From Planctomycetota bacterium (GTDB lineage: Bacteria > Planctomycetota > Phycisphaerae > Phycisphaerales > UBA1924), in the NCBI GenBank assembly GCA_022563015.1, contig JADFOF010000001.1:1-62955 (forward strand): 62,955 bases of DNA, read 5' to 3'. Below the pieces are notes generated by a model, which did not search any database, was not told the DNA's origin, and saw only the letters and a list, made by a program, of their open reading frames with translations. Positions 42,032-52,799 of this stretch are shown here, piece after piece. A program made the translations under genes and the position numbers. Numbering within the stretch: position 1 is the stretch's first letter; each line of letters starts with the position of its first letter.

Positions 42032-44253
42032 ACCAGTACCGCCGATTCCGTCAAGTAACGCTCGCGGTTGTGCTGCTTTCGATCGCGGTGTATTGCGTGG
42101 CCGCCGGCGATGTCGGGTTGGCGCTCATCGCGCTCCCCGGAGCAGCGGGCGCGTGGTGGTTCCGCACGCGATCAGTCGCGGCGCGTGTGCCGCGCCTGAT
42201 GCTGAATCTCGCACTGCTCGCGGCGATTCTGTATATCGCGATGCTCACGCTCCGTCGCGGTATCGTGCTCGATCGCGTCGCGGAGCTCATGGCGATTCTG
42301 TCCGTGATCAAGTGCTTCGATCGCACCAGCGCGCGCGACTACGTGGAGCTGTACATCCTGAGCGTGTTTCTCGTGATCGCGACGGTCATGACCAGCGTCC
42401 GCCTCGAGGTGGGCCTCATCCTGATCGTCTATGTCCCGGTTCTCGTGGTTGGTGTGATGCAGCTGCAGATCTACGCCGCGCATGAACGCGCCCTGATCGC
42501 CTCGCGACGCCGGGCGCCGCCCTGGGCGAGGCCGCTGCGCCCCAAACGAGCGGTCGGACACGGGGTCTCGGTGCAGTTTCGGGCCACGGCCACAGCCCTG
42601 GTGCTCAGCGGTGTTACGGTCGCCATCGCCGTGTTTGTGCTCATTCCAAGAGAGATCGGCGAGAACTTTCTGCACACGGCGGCCGGGTCGCCACGTGGCA
42701 TGAGGACGTCCTTCACGGGCGAGATCCAGCTCGGAAGGGCCGGGCTCCTCACCGAATCGCTCACGCCGGTTCTGCACGTGGCCGTTTCCAACGACGCCGG
42801 TGAGAATCTCGGTGGGCCGGCGATTGTCTATTACCTGCGCGGCAATGTCCTTGGTTCGTACGACGCCGCCACCGGCGCGTGGACGCGCCGTCAGGATTCG
42901 GGTCCAGCACGGAGCTGGCGGGTGCAAGCGGACGCGTGGCATCAACTGACTGGTGCAACGGGGCAGTTGCTGCGCCAAGAGATCACGTTGCTCGGCGCCG
43001 GGGACCAACAGACTTACGTGTTCAACGTGTATCGCACGGCCAGGATTCGGTTCGACCGCACGGTCATTCTCGACTCGCGCAGCGACGAGCGAATCGTGAT
43101 CCCGGATCATCGCGGCGAGTTGAAATACGAGGTCGAGTCTTTCATTCAGGCGCCCCGCGCCGAGGAAGATGGGCGGCTGCGCGAGGTTTCCTTCCCCTCG
43201 CTGGTCGTCCGCACTCTCACGGAATCCGTCCTGGCGCCGGCGCAGATCCCTACGGCCGGCGATCAGCGCGACCGTCTCACCGATCGACAGGCCGTGATCG
43301 CCATACGCGACTTCCTGCACACGCAGTTCACATACACGACGGACATACAGGCGCCGCCGACCGGTCAAGACCCCATCGAGTGGTTCCTTGAGGATCATCG
43401 TGAGGGGCACTGCGAGTATTTCGCGTCTGCGATGGCGGCCATGTGCCGGAGCATCGGGATCGAAGCCAGGATCGTGACCGGCTACGTCGCGATGGAGTGG
43501 AATGAAACTTCCGGCCAGTATGTTGTGCGAGAGCGCAACGCGCACGCGTGGGTGGAGGTGCGAGACCGTAGCGGCGTGTACCGAACCTATGACCCGACGC
43601 CCCCGGATGATCTGCGGGCCGTGCACGAGCCGCAACGCGGGCTCAGGGCTCGCCTGAGGAGCCTGATGGACGCGATGGAGCACCTGTGGGTCTCCCGCGT
43701 TGTGACCTTCGATTCCGGAATGCGCGACACGCTCATGCAGGACGGCGGCGGGTTCGAGTCAACCCTGTTCAAGTCGGCGCGAGCGCTGGTCGGAAGAACG
43801 CAACTGGCCGGATTGTCGTTGCTCGTTCAGGCGGTATTCGTCGGCACGCTCGTCTGCCTCGTGGTCATTGCCGTCGGCATATTTGTGCGCGCCGTTGTGG
43901 CCAAGAGGGCCCGTCGTCGTCGGCCGGGTGCGGGCGCCGCGGGTGCGGAATCGTCGCCCGACGCGCCGTGGCTGGAGCGGACCGACTTCTACGATCGGCT
44001 CCTGCGGCTGTTCACCGCGCGCGGCTGCCCCAAGCCGATGCACCGTCCACCCCTCACGCACGTGGACCTCATCAAGGACGCGAACCCGGATCTTGCGGGC
44101 GGAGCCGAGCGGCTTGTGAGCCTTTTCTACCGCGCGCGATTCGGGCGCCGGCCCATCAGCGCGGACGAACATCGGGCGGCGATTCGGCTCGTTTCGCGGC
44201 TGGAACCGGGCGCCGATATCGAACCATACGTCCGAGAAGTGGCGCGTTCGTAA
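42028..44253 (+). CDS. membrane transglutaminase-like protein (DUF3488 plus transglutaminase core)
   Basis: GTG at 42028 in a GTGA overlap. Multiple N-terminal TM segments. GHCEYFASAMAAMCR...NAHAWVEV...YDPT gives a Cys-His-Asp core. Confidence 0.82.
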   Translation: MNQYRRFRQVTLAVVLLSIAVYCVAAGDVGLALIALPGAAGAWWFRTRSVAARVPRLMLNLALLAAILYIAMLTLRRGIVLDRVAELMAILSVIKCFDRTSARDYVELYILSVFLVIATVMTSVRLEVGLILIVYVPVLVVGVMQLQIYAAHERALIASRRRAPPWARPLRPKRAVGHGVSVQFRATATALVLSGVTVAIAVFVLIPREIGENFLHTAAGSPRGMRTSFTGEIQLGRAGLLTESLTPVLHVAVSNDAGENLGGPAIVYYLRGNVLGSYDAATGAWTRRQDSGPARSWRVQADAWHQLTGATGQLLRQEITLLGAGDQQTYVFNVYRTARIRFDRTVILDSRSDERIVIPDHRGELKYEVESFIQAPRAEEDGRLREVSFPSLVVRTLTESVLAPAQIPTAGDQRDRLTDRQAVIAIRDFLHTQFTYTTDIQAPPTGQDPIEWFLEDHREGHCEYFASAMAAMCRSIGIEARIVTGYVAMEWNETSGQYVVRERNAHAWVEVRDRSGVYRTYDPTPPDDLRAVHEPQRGLRARLRSLMDAMEHLWVSRVVTFDSGMRDTLMQDGGGFESTLFKSARALVGRTQLAGLSLLVQAVFVGTLVCLVVIAVGIFVRAVVAKRARRRRPGAGAAGAESSPDAPWLERTDFYDRLLRLFTARGCPKPMHRPPLTHVDLIKDANPDLAGGAERLVSLFYRARFGRRPISADEHRAAIRLVSRLEPGADIEPYVREVARS

Positions 44254-44274
44254 GCGGCGCTGAACACGTGCTGC

Positions 44275-45249
44275 ATGGGCGTCATTCTCACGGCAATCAT
44301 GGGTTCCGACAAAATCGACCGCTCAAGCGGACGTGAGGAACGCCCGATGCCCGAGAGGGATACGACGCTGTCTGAAGTGGGAGAGAACGCCATGCCTGCA
44401 AACCGGTCACGAACGCTGCGGTGGCGCAGCTGCCTGGAGCAGCTCCGCGCCCGACGGGGAGCGCTGGAGATCGCGATCGATACCAATCGCGATCCCAACG
44501 CGACTGAATCTGGAAAAAGCCTGATCTGGCGTGTGCGTCTCGTTGACGTCTCCGATGAGGCAATCGTCGTCGAATCGCCGCGCGCATTCGGGCAGTCGAT
44601 CTCGTTCGACCCGGGTGCCGCGCTGGTCGTTGCGATGACGATCGGACAGAACCGATGGATGTTCCGCACGGAAGTGATTGATCCGGATCCGCGCATTCCC
44701 GATGCGATACGGCTTCGGTCGCCCGAGAAGGTCGAACGCTGCAGCAGGCGCAGCTTCTATCGAGTGTCAACGGCGCAACTGAACCCCGCGCCGGTGGAAT
44801 GCTGGCCCCTGCTCGACCCCGCCAGCGCAGTCGCCGCCGAGGTGGCCAACCGCGCCATGATCCAGCAGGCAATCTCCGAGGACAACCAGTGCGAGGGCAT
44901 CGATCAGGACGCATTCTGCGTGCTTCCCGAGGTCGGGCCAAAGTTCAGCGCACAGCTTGTCAACATCGGCGGCGGCGGAGCCGGGTTGCTCATAAGCGCC
45001 GCGGATTCGAGCGCCATCGGCCGTGCACCGCTGCTCTGGATGCGCATCGACCTGACGCCGGAGATCCCCATCCCGCTCGGCCTGACGGCGCGGGTCGTGC
45101 ACACGCATCTGGACAGCGCCCAGAACCTGTACGCCGGGATGACGTTTGACTTCTCATACAATACCGGTCACAGGGATTTCATCATCAGCCAGATTGCCCG
45201 ATACACGCGCCTGGTGCAGCACACGGGCAAGCTGAAAAAAGCCGGCTGA
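44275..45249 (+). CDS. PilZ-domain protein (YcgR-like architecture), putative c-di-GMP receptor
   Basis: RCSRRSFYRV (RxxxR) followed by NIGGGGAGLL (D/NxSxxG-like). Start uncertain (44275, 44347 or 44389). Confidence 0.7.
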   Translation: MGVILTAIMGSDKIDRSSGREERPMPERDTTLSEVGENAMPANRSRTLRWRSCLEQLRARRGALEIAIDTNRDPNATESGKSLIWRVRLVDVSDEAIVVESPRAFGQSISFDPGAALVVAMTIGQNRWMFRTEVIDPDPRIPDAIRLRSPEKVERCSRRSFYRVSTAQLNPAPVECWPLLDPASAVAAEVANRAMIQQAISEDNQCEGIDQDAFCVLPEVGPKFSAQLVNIGGGGAGLLISAADSSAIGRAPLLWMRIDLTPEIPIPLGLTARVVHTHLDSAQNLYAGMTFDFSYNTGHRDFIISQIARYTRLVQHTGKLKKAG

Positions 45250-45286
45250 TCTCGCACACCGACTCCACGCAGAGCGATGCAGATGG

Positions 45287-46099
45287 TCAGGATCCGCGCG
45301 GCTTGCCTCGCGAGCGGCGCATCTTCATGCGAACCGTGCCCTTGTCTGAATGAAGCGTGATCGAGTTCTCGCCCCCGTTGAGAACGCCCTCCCACCGGGC
45401 TGTGTCGCTGAGAACAACGTCTGAGACCTTCCCGGCCTTGACATCGAACTCGGCCCCACCGGACCCGCTGGTCAAGACGAACCGGCCGGTTGACCCCTCG
45501 CCGGGATTGAACAGGATGTTCCCGGAGTTTGTGCGGATCACGACGCGGTCAGTGATAGCCGCGTCCGTTCGGTACACAATGCTCACACTCCTGCCGTCAT
45601 TCGTATCAACGACGATGTCCACAGCACCGTTGGCGCCGATCACCTCGACGTCGCCGCCGGCCGTTCGGATCGTCACGTCGGCACAGGCGGGAATCCGCAC
45701 CGTCAGATCGGTCGTCAGGCTTGGAAGATTGCCGCGCACCGCATCGGTCCAGACCTTCAGCAGCACGCCGCCCTCGCGCTGCTCATACGACGCGGCAACG
45801 GGCGCGGCGCGAAAGGCTCTCTCACGCGTTATGCGGGTGACGAACGAGTCGTGCCGGAACAAGACGGTGATCTTCGGCTCGGTTCGCTTGGGATCGACGA
45901 TGACGCGCACGTCGCCGCGCACGTTGTGAATCTCGACCGACGTGGGGCCCTGGTTTGCCCGCGTGCCCTGTACGGCGATGGTGCGGATCTGTGCCGTCCC
46001 GCAGCCCACCAGCATGGTGGTCGAGGCCGATACGGCCATCAAAGCAAACCGCACCCGAAGTTTCTTGAGAGCAATCAAGGCAAATCTCCATGGGCTCAA
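45287..46099 (-). CDS. lipoprotein with DUF4097-like beta-strand repeats
   Basis: Lipobox TTMLVGCG. Repeated GDVRVIV / GGDVEVIG / SGNILF strands. Confidence 0.6.
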   Translation of the reverse strand: MSPWRFALIALKKLRVRFALMAVSASTTMLVGCGTAQIRTIAVQGTRANQGPTSVEIHNVRGDVRVIVDPKRTEPKITVLFRHDSFVTRITRERAFRAAPVAASYEQREGGVLLKVWTDAVRGNLPSLTTDLTVRIPACADVTIRTAGGDVEVIGANGAVDIVVDTNDGRSVSIVYRTDAAITDRVVIRTNSGNILFNPGEGSTGRFVLTSGSGGAEFDVKAGKVSDVVLSDTARWEGVLNGGENSITLHSDKGTVRMKMRRSRGKPRGS

Positions 46100-46617
46100 T
46101 CGTGAGAGCCCGATCTGTCGTGCGAGGGAGTCTACCCCACAGTCGGCACAGATCGAAGGCGGCTTGATATGCGGCGGCGGCCGGACCGACTCGAACCCCG
46201 GACATTCACCCGCTCGAACCCAGGCGGTCCGGGTGTGCTAAGATCGACCAGTCCGGCCAAGTGTCGGTTAGGGTTTTGTATAAGTATCCGGGACGCTGCA
46301 TGCGGAACCGGTCGTGGACAATCGTGAACGCCAACCCGACCTGGTTGATCGGGATTCGGCGGAAAATAGGTTCTTTCAGCATCGCTGAACGGGCCTCACA
46401 GAGAACGTTTCGAGCGTGAACGCGTGGTCTGCCGCTCTCCCCTCAGAGCGGCTTGCGAGAATTGAGATGGCAGATGGCGGTGAGCCTCCACCCTCCGGGA
46501 GGCGGGTTCCGCCGCGTTGAATTGCACCAGACAGGCAGGAGATAGGCGCCAGATCACGCCCGATTCGCTTCGCTTCACGACCCCGCCGCCCGAGTTTCGG
46601 GCATCGCGGTTCACCGG

Positions 46618-48255
46618 GTGACCAACGTGGAGGCCGCACAGGCGGCCCTCAACGCGGGGGTGCGCTCGATGAAGCAGGATTGGACGCTGGCTCTACAGAA
46701 CGTGGGAAGCGTGGGAATCGGCCTGGCAGGCGCGGCGGTCGGCCTGGTTGCCGGCTATATGCTCATTCGTTTGCTCGGTGGCCGCACGCTTGCGACAGCT
46801 CGCCGCGATGCGAAGGACATCCGCGACCGCGCCGAATCCCAGGCCACGACCAGGGGCGAGAAGCTCGAACTCGAAGCGGAAAAGCGCATCCTCAAACGCA
46901 AGGAGGAGTTTGACGCCACGCTCGAGGTCGCCCGCGAGAAGTCGCGAAACCTCGAGCGCGATCTGGAAAAGCGCGAGAACCTCGTCGAGCGAAAGGAAGA
47001 GATGCTCTCGCTCAAGGAGTCCACGCTCAGCAAGTCCGCGGACGCTCTGCGCTCGCGCGAGGAGGCAATGGGCACGAAGGAGCAGGAGATCGACGCCGCA
47101 CTCACCGAGCAGCGGGATCGCCTGCTGCAAATCGCGGGAATGTCGACCCAGGAAGCGCGGGAGGTCGTTCTGACGCGCATCGAGGAGGAGTCTCGACTCG
47201 ACGCGGCCAAGATCGCGAGGAAGATCACCGAGGAGGCCGAGCTCGAGGCCAAGGAAAAGGCCCGCGAAATCACCATCAACGCGATCCAGCGGTTTGCGAC
47301 CGAGCACACATCCGAATCGACCGTGCGGTCGGTCGCGATTCCTTCCGATGACATGAAGGGCCGGATCATCGGTCGTGAGGGCCGCAACATCCGCGCGATC
47401 GAGAAGGCCACCGGCGTGGACATCATCGTGGACGACACCCCCGGGCTCATCGTCGTCTCGTGCTTTGACAAGATCCGTCAGGCCGTGGCCGTGGAATCGC
47501 TTGAGCGGCTGATCGCCGACGGTCGGATGCACCCCACCCGCATCGAGGAGGTCGTCGAGACCGTGAAGAAAGAGTTTGGCGAGCGCGTCATCAAGCATGG
47601 AAAAGATGCGGTTCTTGAGGCGAACCTGCGAGGCGTGAGCCCGAAGATCGTCGAGGCGATGGGAAAGCTCCAGTTCCGGACCAGCTTCGGACAAAACATC
47701 TTGAAGCACTCGCTCGAGGTCGCGTATCTTTCGCAGATCATCGCGGACCAGCTGGGCCTGGACGGCCGGCTCGCCCGGCGGTGCGGTTTCCTGCACGACA
47801 TCGGCAAGGCGATGGACCACGAGATGGAGGGCGGCCACCCCAAGATCGGGATGGACTTTGCCCGTCAGCACGGCGAGAACGAGCCGGTCCTCAACGCCAT
47901 CGGCGGCCACCACGCCGACATCCCCGCAACCAGTTTCTACACGCCCATCGTGATGGCCGCCGACGCCGTCTCCAGCGCTCGACCGGGCGCGCGCCGAGAG
48001 TCAATGGAGAAGTACATCCAGCGCCTGAATGAACTCCAGGATACGGCGATGTCGTTCGATGGTGTGACGGAGGCCTACGCGATCCAGGCCGGACGCGAGG
48101 TTCGCGTCATGGTCGATGCGTCCAAGGTCGGCGACGACGAGGCGTACCTGATCGCGTCCAAGATCGCCAAGCGAATCAGCGACGAGATGACATTCCCCGG
48201 CGAGATCCGCGTGACCGTGCTCCGCGAGACCCGCGCCATCGAGATCGCCCGCTGA
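46618..48255 (+). CDS. rny: ribonuclease Y
   Basis: N-terminal TM, long coiled coil, KH (GRIIGREGRNIRAIE), HD (FLHDIGKA...GGHH). GTG at 46618, alternative ATG at 46669. Confidence 0.9.
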   Translation: MTNVEAAQAALNAGVRSMKQDWTLALQNVGSVGIGLAGAAVGLVAGYMLIRLLGGRTLATARRDAKDIRDRAESQATTRGEKLELEAEKRILKRKEEFDATLEVAREKSRNLERDLEKRENLVERKEEMLSLKESTLSKSADALRSREEAMGTKEQEIDAALTEQRDRLLQIAGMSTQEAREVVLTRIEEESRLDAAKIARKITEEAELEAKEKAREITINAIQRFATEHTSESTVRSVAIPSDDMKGRIIGREGRNIRAIEKATGVDIIVDDTPGLIVVSCFDKIRQAVAVESLERLIADGRMHPTRIEEVVETVKKEFGERVIKHGKDAVLEANLRGVSPKIVEAMGKLQFRTSFGQNILKHSLEVAYLSQIIADQLGLDGRLARRCGFLHDIGKAMDHEMEGGHPKIGMDFARQHGENEPVLNAIGGHHADIPATSFYTPIVMAADAVSSARPGARRESMEKYIQRLNELQDTAMSFDGVTEAYAIQAGREVRVMVDASKVGDDEAYLIASKIAKRISDEMTFPGEIRVTVLRETRAIEIAR

Positions 48256-48275
48256 CCCGGCTGACGAGTCGATCA

Positions 48276-49157
48276 CTACCCATCGTACGGCTCGGAGACG
48301 TGCCGCGTGAGCAGCGCGATGCCCACCGCCGCGATCAGGGGAATCAGCACACCCGCCAGTGCCAGAGCAGTCGCCTTCCACGACTGCCCGCGACGAACGC
48401 TCGGGATGACCGCCACCAGCGAGCCGAGCGGGGCGATCAGCACCAGCACATACGCCGAGAGGTGGAGCGGGTAGCTGGTGTGCTGGGTCGCGCCGACGCA
48501 TAGCGCCGCCAGCAACGAGTAGAGCACCAGCGTGCCGCCTCTGGAAATCGACATGCCCTTGTGGATGGCACCGACGATCGCAGCCGCGGTTGCCATCGCC
48601 ACCACGCCCCCCGCGTGCTGCGAGAGGATGGCGATACTCGAATACAGGCAGATCAAGCTCGTCGCGAGCGCCACAAACACCAGCTGAGTCGGCAGCACCC
48701 ACGCCGGCTGCGAGTTTCCCGCCCAGTCGGTCAGCGCGACGACCGCCGAGCCCCCGATCCCGACCGCGACTATCCAGACCACAAGGTCGGCCCGGGCAAG
48801 CGAGACCGCCGGCATCGATCCGATCACCACCCACACACAGAATCCGAGCGCCGAGGCCGAGATCACGTGCCGGACGAACGCGGGTTTATGAATCAGCACG
48901 CACCCCAGACCCGCGAGCATCGCGGCGAGCGCCACGTGCGGGAATCGGTATGACCCGTCCCTGGGCCACACCCGTGCGATGGAGTTGTTCGCCAAAAACG
49001 CGGGCAGGAACCCGAGTGCGAACACCACCGGCGCGACCCAGAGCGGTCCACGCCCGCGCCGTTTTCCACGGTTGAAAATCGTCCATGCACCCAGCAGCGT
49101 CACGCCGACGATCATGCCCGGCACAGGCCCGATCAGGATGAACTCGCGCGGCCCCAC
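48276..49157 (-). CDS. polytopic membrane protein, function unknown
   Basis: 293 aa with about 8 hydrophobic segments. Directly downstream of the YceI-like gene on the same strand. Confidence 0.55.
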   Translation of the reverse strand: MGPREFILIGPVPGMIVGVTLLGAWTIFNRGKRRGRGPLWVAPVVFALGFLPAFLANNSIARVWPRDGSYRFPHVALAAMLAGLGCVLIHKPAFVRHVISASALGFCVWVVIGSMPAVSLARADLVVWIVAVGIGGSAVVALTDWAGNSQPAWVLPTQLVFVALATSLICLYSSIAILSQHAGGVVAMATAAAIVGAIHKGMSISRGGTLVLYSLLAALCVGATQHTSYPLHLSAYVLVLIAPLGSLVAVIPSVRRGQSWKATALALAGVLIPLIAAVGIALLTRHVSEPYDG

Positions 49158-49166
49158 GGCGTCTGA

Positions 49167-49808
49167 TTACTGCTTCGGCCCTTCAACGCTGATGAGGATC
49201 TTCACCGTGTTTCCGAGCACGCCCGTGTCCGAACCGTCGGCGGCGCCGTAGGTGGTCATGCCGAAGTCGCGCCGATTAATGGTGAATATCGCCTCGAACG
49301 CGGCAAGATCATGGCCTCCAAAAGACCCCTCGCCGAGATACTCCAGGTCCGCGGTGACGGTGTGAGTCTCGCCGTGGAGCGTCAGCTCACCCGTGAGCGT
49401 GTACATCGAGCCGGAGACCGCTTCAAGCTTCGTGCTCTTGAAGCTGGTCGTGGGGAACTGCTTGACATTGAAGAAGTCAGCGCTCTTCAGGTGATTGTTG
49501 CGTTTATTCGAGCCCGTGTTCACCGTTGCGTTATCGATCTCGAACTCGAACGAAGCCGTCGAGAGGTCGTCGGGATCGAACGTCCACGAGCCGGTCATCT
49601 TGTCGAAGCGACCGTAGAAGTTGGTGACGCCGGCGTGCTTTATCTTGAAGATCACGGACGAGTGGACTGGATCGACGCCGTACATCGACGCCGCCGTCGG
49701 CGCCACCACGGGTCGGTCCGCCGATTCCCTGGACGCGACGCTCCATCCGAGCGTTCCGAGCGAGAGGGCGGCCAACGTTGCGACGATCGCGAGACGATGC
49801 GTACTCAT
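49167..49808 (-). CDS. YceI-family periplasmic protein
   Basis: ATG at 49808. Signal peptide, then VDPVHSSVIFKIKHAGVTNFYGRF..., the YceI-like signature. Confidence 0.8.
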   Translation of the reverse strand: MSTHRLAIVATLAALSLGTLGWSVASRESADRPVVAPTAASMYGVDPVHSSVIFKIKHAGVTNFYGRFDKMTGSWTFDPDDLSTASFEFEIDNATVNTGSNKRNNHLKSADFFNVKQFPTTSFKSTKLEAVSGSMYTLTGELTLHGETHTVTADLEYLGEGSFGGHDLAAFEAIFTINRRDFGMTTYGAADGSDTGVLGNTVKILISVEGPKQ

Positions 49809-49863
49809 ATTTCGATCCTCCAAAGGTGGTGTTTGTCCGATGTTCAACGCCCAGCCCTGCCGT

Positions 49864-51426
49864 TTATTCCCATTCAATGGTCGCCGGAGGCTTGGACGAG
49901 ATATCGTACACCACCCGGTTCACGCCCCGCACCTCGTTGATGATCCGGTTGGAGATCCGTGCCAGCACGTCGTAGGGGATCCGCGCCCAGTCAGCCGTCA
50001 TGAAATCCTGGGTTTCAACCGCCCGGATCGCCACCACGTTCTCGTACGTCCTCCCGTCGCCCATGACGCCGACGCTCTGCACCGGCAGCAGCACGGCGAA
50101 GACCTGGCTCGTCCGGCGGTAGAGCTCGGCCGAGACGATCTCCTCGAGCAGGATCTCGTCGCACTCGCACAGAGTGTGCAGGCGGTCCGGGGTCACCTCG
50201 CCCATGACCCGCACCGCAAGCCCCGGCCCGGGGAACGGGTGCCGCCACACGATCGCGTCGGGCAGCCCCAGCACCTCGCCCAGCTTGCGCACCTCGTCCT
50301 TGAACAGATCCCGCAGCGGCTCGATCAGCTCGAACCCGAGCTCCTCGGGCAGCCCCCCGACGTTGTGGTGCAGCTTGATGTTGGCGCTCTTGCCCGCCAG
50401 CCCGTGCCCGGACTCGATCACGTCCGGGTACAGCGTGCCCTGGGCGAGGAATCTCACATTGTCGATGCCCGCCGCCGCCTCCTTGAAGACGTCGATGAAC
50501 CGGTGCCCGATCAGCCGCCGCTTCTCCTGCGGATCGGTCACGCCGGCGAGATCGGCCAGGAACGACGCGCTGGCGTCAACCACTTTGAGGTCCAGGCGGA
50601 AATGATCGCGGAATGTCGCTTTGACCAGTTCGCGCTCGTTCTTACGGAGCAGCCCGGTGTCGACGAAAACGCATGTGAGCTGCGTGCCGATCGCCTTGTG
50701 GATCAACGCCGCGACCACCGAAGAGTCGACGCCGCCGGACAGCCCGCAGATCACGTGCGCGTCGCCCACGCGCCGGTGGATCCGCTCGCACGCGGATTGG
50801 GCGAAATCGGCCATCCGCCACGTGCTGGCGCACCCGCAGATCTCGAACAGGAAGTTCTGGAGGATCTCACCGCCGTGCGGCGTGTGCGTGACCTCCGGAT
50901 GAAACTGAACGCCGTAGAAACGCCGTCCGTTCCGCGTCGATCGCACGCCGCCCATGGGACAGGTCGGCGTGGATGCGAGCACCTGCAGCCCCGCCTGGTC
51001 GGTGTTGCTGATCTGGTCCCCGTGCGACATCCACACGGTCGTGCGCTCGGGGATCGCGCCGAACAGGTCGCTGCTGTCCGTGATCTGAAGGTTCGCCCGC
51101 CCGTACTCGCGGTGGTCGGCCCGAACGATGTCCGCTCCCAGCATCTGACACGCAAGCTGCATCCCGTAGCAGATTCCCAGCACCGGCACGCCCAGGTCCA
51201 GCACGCCCGGGTCGCAGCGAGGGGCGCCCTCGTCGTACACGCTGGCCGGACCACCCGACAGGATGATCCCCTTCGGGTTCAGATTGGCGATCTCCGAGGC
51301 CGGCAGCGCCGGATCGACCAGCACGGAGAATACCCCCGCCTCGCGAACCCGCCTGGCGATGAGCTGGGCGGTCTGCGAGCCGAAGTCCAGAATCAGGATG
51401 ACCTGTTCCTGCTGAGATTCGATCAT
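49864..51426 (-). CDS. guaA: GMP synthase (glutamine-hydrolysing)
   Basis: [35 protein letters not shown] (PP-loop), C-terminal [12 protein letters not shown] at 51426. Confidence 0.93.
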   Translation of the reverse strand: MIESQQEQVILILDFGSQTAQLIARRVREAGVFSVLVDPALPASEIANLNPKGIILSGGPASVYDEGAPRCDPGVLDLGVPVLGICYGMQLACQMLGADIVRADHREYGRANLQITDSSDLFGAIPERTTVWMSHGDQISNTDQAGLQVLASTPTCPMGGVRSTRNGRRFYGVQFHPEVTHTPHGGEILQNFLFEICGCASTWRMADFAQSACERIHRRVGDAHVICGLSGGVDSSVVAALIHKAIGTQLTCVFVDTGLLRKNERELVKATFRDHFRLDLKVVDASASFLADLAGVTDPQEKRRLIGHRFIDVFKEAAAGIDNVRFLAQGTLYPDVIESGHGLAGKSANIKLHHNVGGLPEELGFELIEPLRDLFKDEVRKLGEVLGLPDAIVWRHPFPGPGLAVRVMGEVTPDRLHTLCECDEILLEEIVSAELYRRTSQVFAVLLPVQSVGVMGDGRTYENVVAIRAVETQDFMTADWARIPYDVLARISNRIINEVRGVNRVVYDISSKPPATIEWE

Positions 51427-51578
51427 GAATCGCTTCACCCCGCCCGGAATCGGGAAACCTCTGGTCTGTGAGGGGAATCGTGATTGTATGCGCCGGGGCC
51501 GGGCGGGTCGATCAGTCCCGTCGGCGTGTTCTTCATGCCGCGGCCCCTCGGGGCCGGATCATTCCTACGATATCAACC

Positions 51579-51968
51579 GTGACCGGTCGAGTGATTTTTT
51601 TGATCCTGCTGACGGGCGGTATGTCGGGGTGCGCCTCGCCCCCAAAGGGGTTCGATTCCCCGGTGCCGGCCAACCGAATGGACGCCGCTGTGGACGCCGC
51701 ACGCGAGGGCGACCGCTCCGCGATTCCGGACCTGATCGGGCTGCTGGACAGCGACGACTCGCTGGTGCGTATGGTGGCGATCCTTTCGCTGGAGCGACTG
51801 ACCGGGCAGACACTTGGCTACGATCACGCCGCCCCGGAGTGGCGTCGCGATGAGGCCGTCGAACGCTGGGTCGCCTGGGCGTCGGCCGAAGCCGAGGCCG
51901 GATCCAGCCGAACATCTGATGGAGCGGCGGCGGAACCGGCTCGCTCAGGAGCACCTTCAAGCCGATGA
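51579..51968 (+). CDS. small HEAT-repeat-like lipoprotein
   Basis: GTG at 51579 gives VTGRVIFLILLTGGMSGC (lipobox). IPDLIGLLDSDDSLVRMVAILSLERL is HEAT-like. The stop overlaps the next start. Confidence 0.5.
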   Translation: MTGRVIFLILLTGGMSGCASPPKGFDSPVPANRMDAAVDAAREGDRSAIPDLIGLLDSDDSLVRMVAILSLERLTGQTLGYDHAAPEWRRDEAVERWVAWASAEAEAGSSRTSDGAAAEPARSGAPSSR

Positions 51969-52414
51969 CCGACATCCCGCCCATCAGCGTTCAGCTCCTC
52001 AGCGACCCCAAGTATCTGTGCGGGGTTCGAGAGTTGGTGGCCGCGGTCGCCGGGCGCCTCGGGTTCTCGGAGGAGGAATGCGGGCAGATCAAGCTCGCGG
52101 TCGACGAGGCCTTGTGCAACATCGTCCGCCACGGCTACCAGAGGAGGAAGGACGGGCAGATATGGATCAGCCTGAGCCCGATCTGCAACGGCCAGGACGT
52201 GACCCAGCTCCGCATCGTCATCGAAGACGAAGCCCGGCAGGTCGATCCCAGGACCATCAAGGGGCGCGACCTGGCCGACATCCGGCCGGGCGGGCTCGGC
52301 GTGCACATCATCCGTGAAATCATGGACGAGGTGGTGTATGAGAAGCGCGAGCCGACGGGCATGCGCCTCACCCTCGTGAAGACTCGATGCTCCTGCCCGG
52401 CCTCGAAGCCGTAG
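51965..52414 (+). CDS. anti-sigma regulatory factor / serine protein kinase (RsbW/SpoIIAB-like HATPase)
   Basis: EALCNIVRHGY (N-box-like), EDEARQVD, GGLGVHIIREIMDEV. Confidence 0.72.
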   Translation: MTDIPPISVQLLSDPKYLCGVRELVAAVAGRLGFSEEECGQIKLAVDEALCNIVRHGYQRRKDGQIWISLSPICNGQDVTQLRIVIEDEARQVDPRTIKGRDLADIRPGGLGVHIIREIMDEVVYEKREPTGMRLTLVKTRCSCPASKP

Positions 52415-52438
52415 CATTCACCGCGGAACACAAGACGC

Positions 52439-52786
52439 ATGGATCACGACTATCTGATCTCGACAAGGACTGAGCTTTCCGGAGCCGCCACGGTGGTCTC
52501 GCCCTCGGGAGACATCGACCTGGGTCGCTCACCCACGCTGCGAGCGCACCTGAAGCAGGTGCAGAGCAAGAAGCCGCCGCGATTGATCGTGGATCTCGGG
52601 CTCGTCGAATACATGGACAGCTCGGGCGTCGCGACGCTGGTCGAGGCGCTCCAGACCGCCCGCAAGCAGCAGGCGTCCATGGTGCTGTGCAACATGCAGG
52701 ACAAGGTCCGGTCGATCTTCGAGATCGCTCGACTCGACACCGTGTTTCAGATCGTGCCCGATGTCAAGACCGCCCTGGAACTCTAA
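52439..52786 (+). CDS. STAS-domain anti-sigma-factor antagonist-like protein
   Basis: LIVDLGLVEYMDSSGVATLVEAL with the phosphorylatable Ser context (DSSG). Confidence 0.8.
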   Translation: MDHDYLISTRTELSGAATVVSPSGDIDLGRSPTLRAHLKQVQSKKPPRLIVDLGLVEYMDSSGVATLVEALQTARKQQASMVLCNMQDKVRSIFEIARLDTVFQIVPDVKTALEL

Positions 52787-52799
52787 CTGACGAGCCTCC

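Noticed and set aside
46100-46617. Known structured RNAs (RNase P RNA, SRP/4.5S RNA, tmRNA, tRNA) in the long rny upstream region
   Set aside because: The universally conserved cores as I remember them are absent: GGAAAGUCCGG for RNase P, GGAAGCAGCC-type for SRP, and an acceptor/T-arm ending in CCA for tmRNA. No cloverleaf could be drawn.
49621-51471. 616-aa plus-strand ORF opposite guaA
   Set aside because: guaA on the minus strand has complete GATase and PP-loop motifs. The antisense translation is Arg/Pro/His-rich and featureless.
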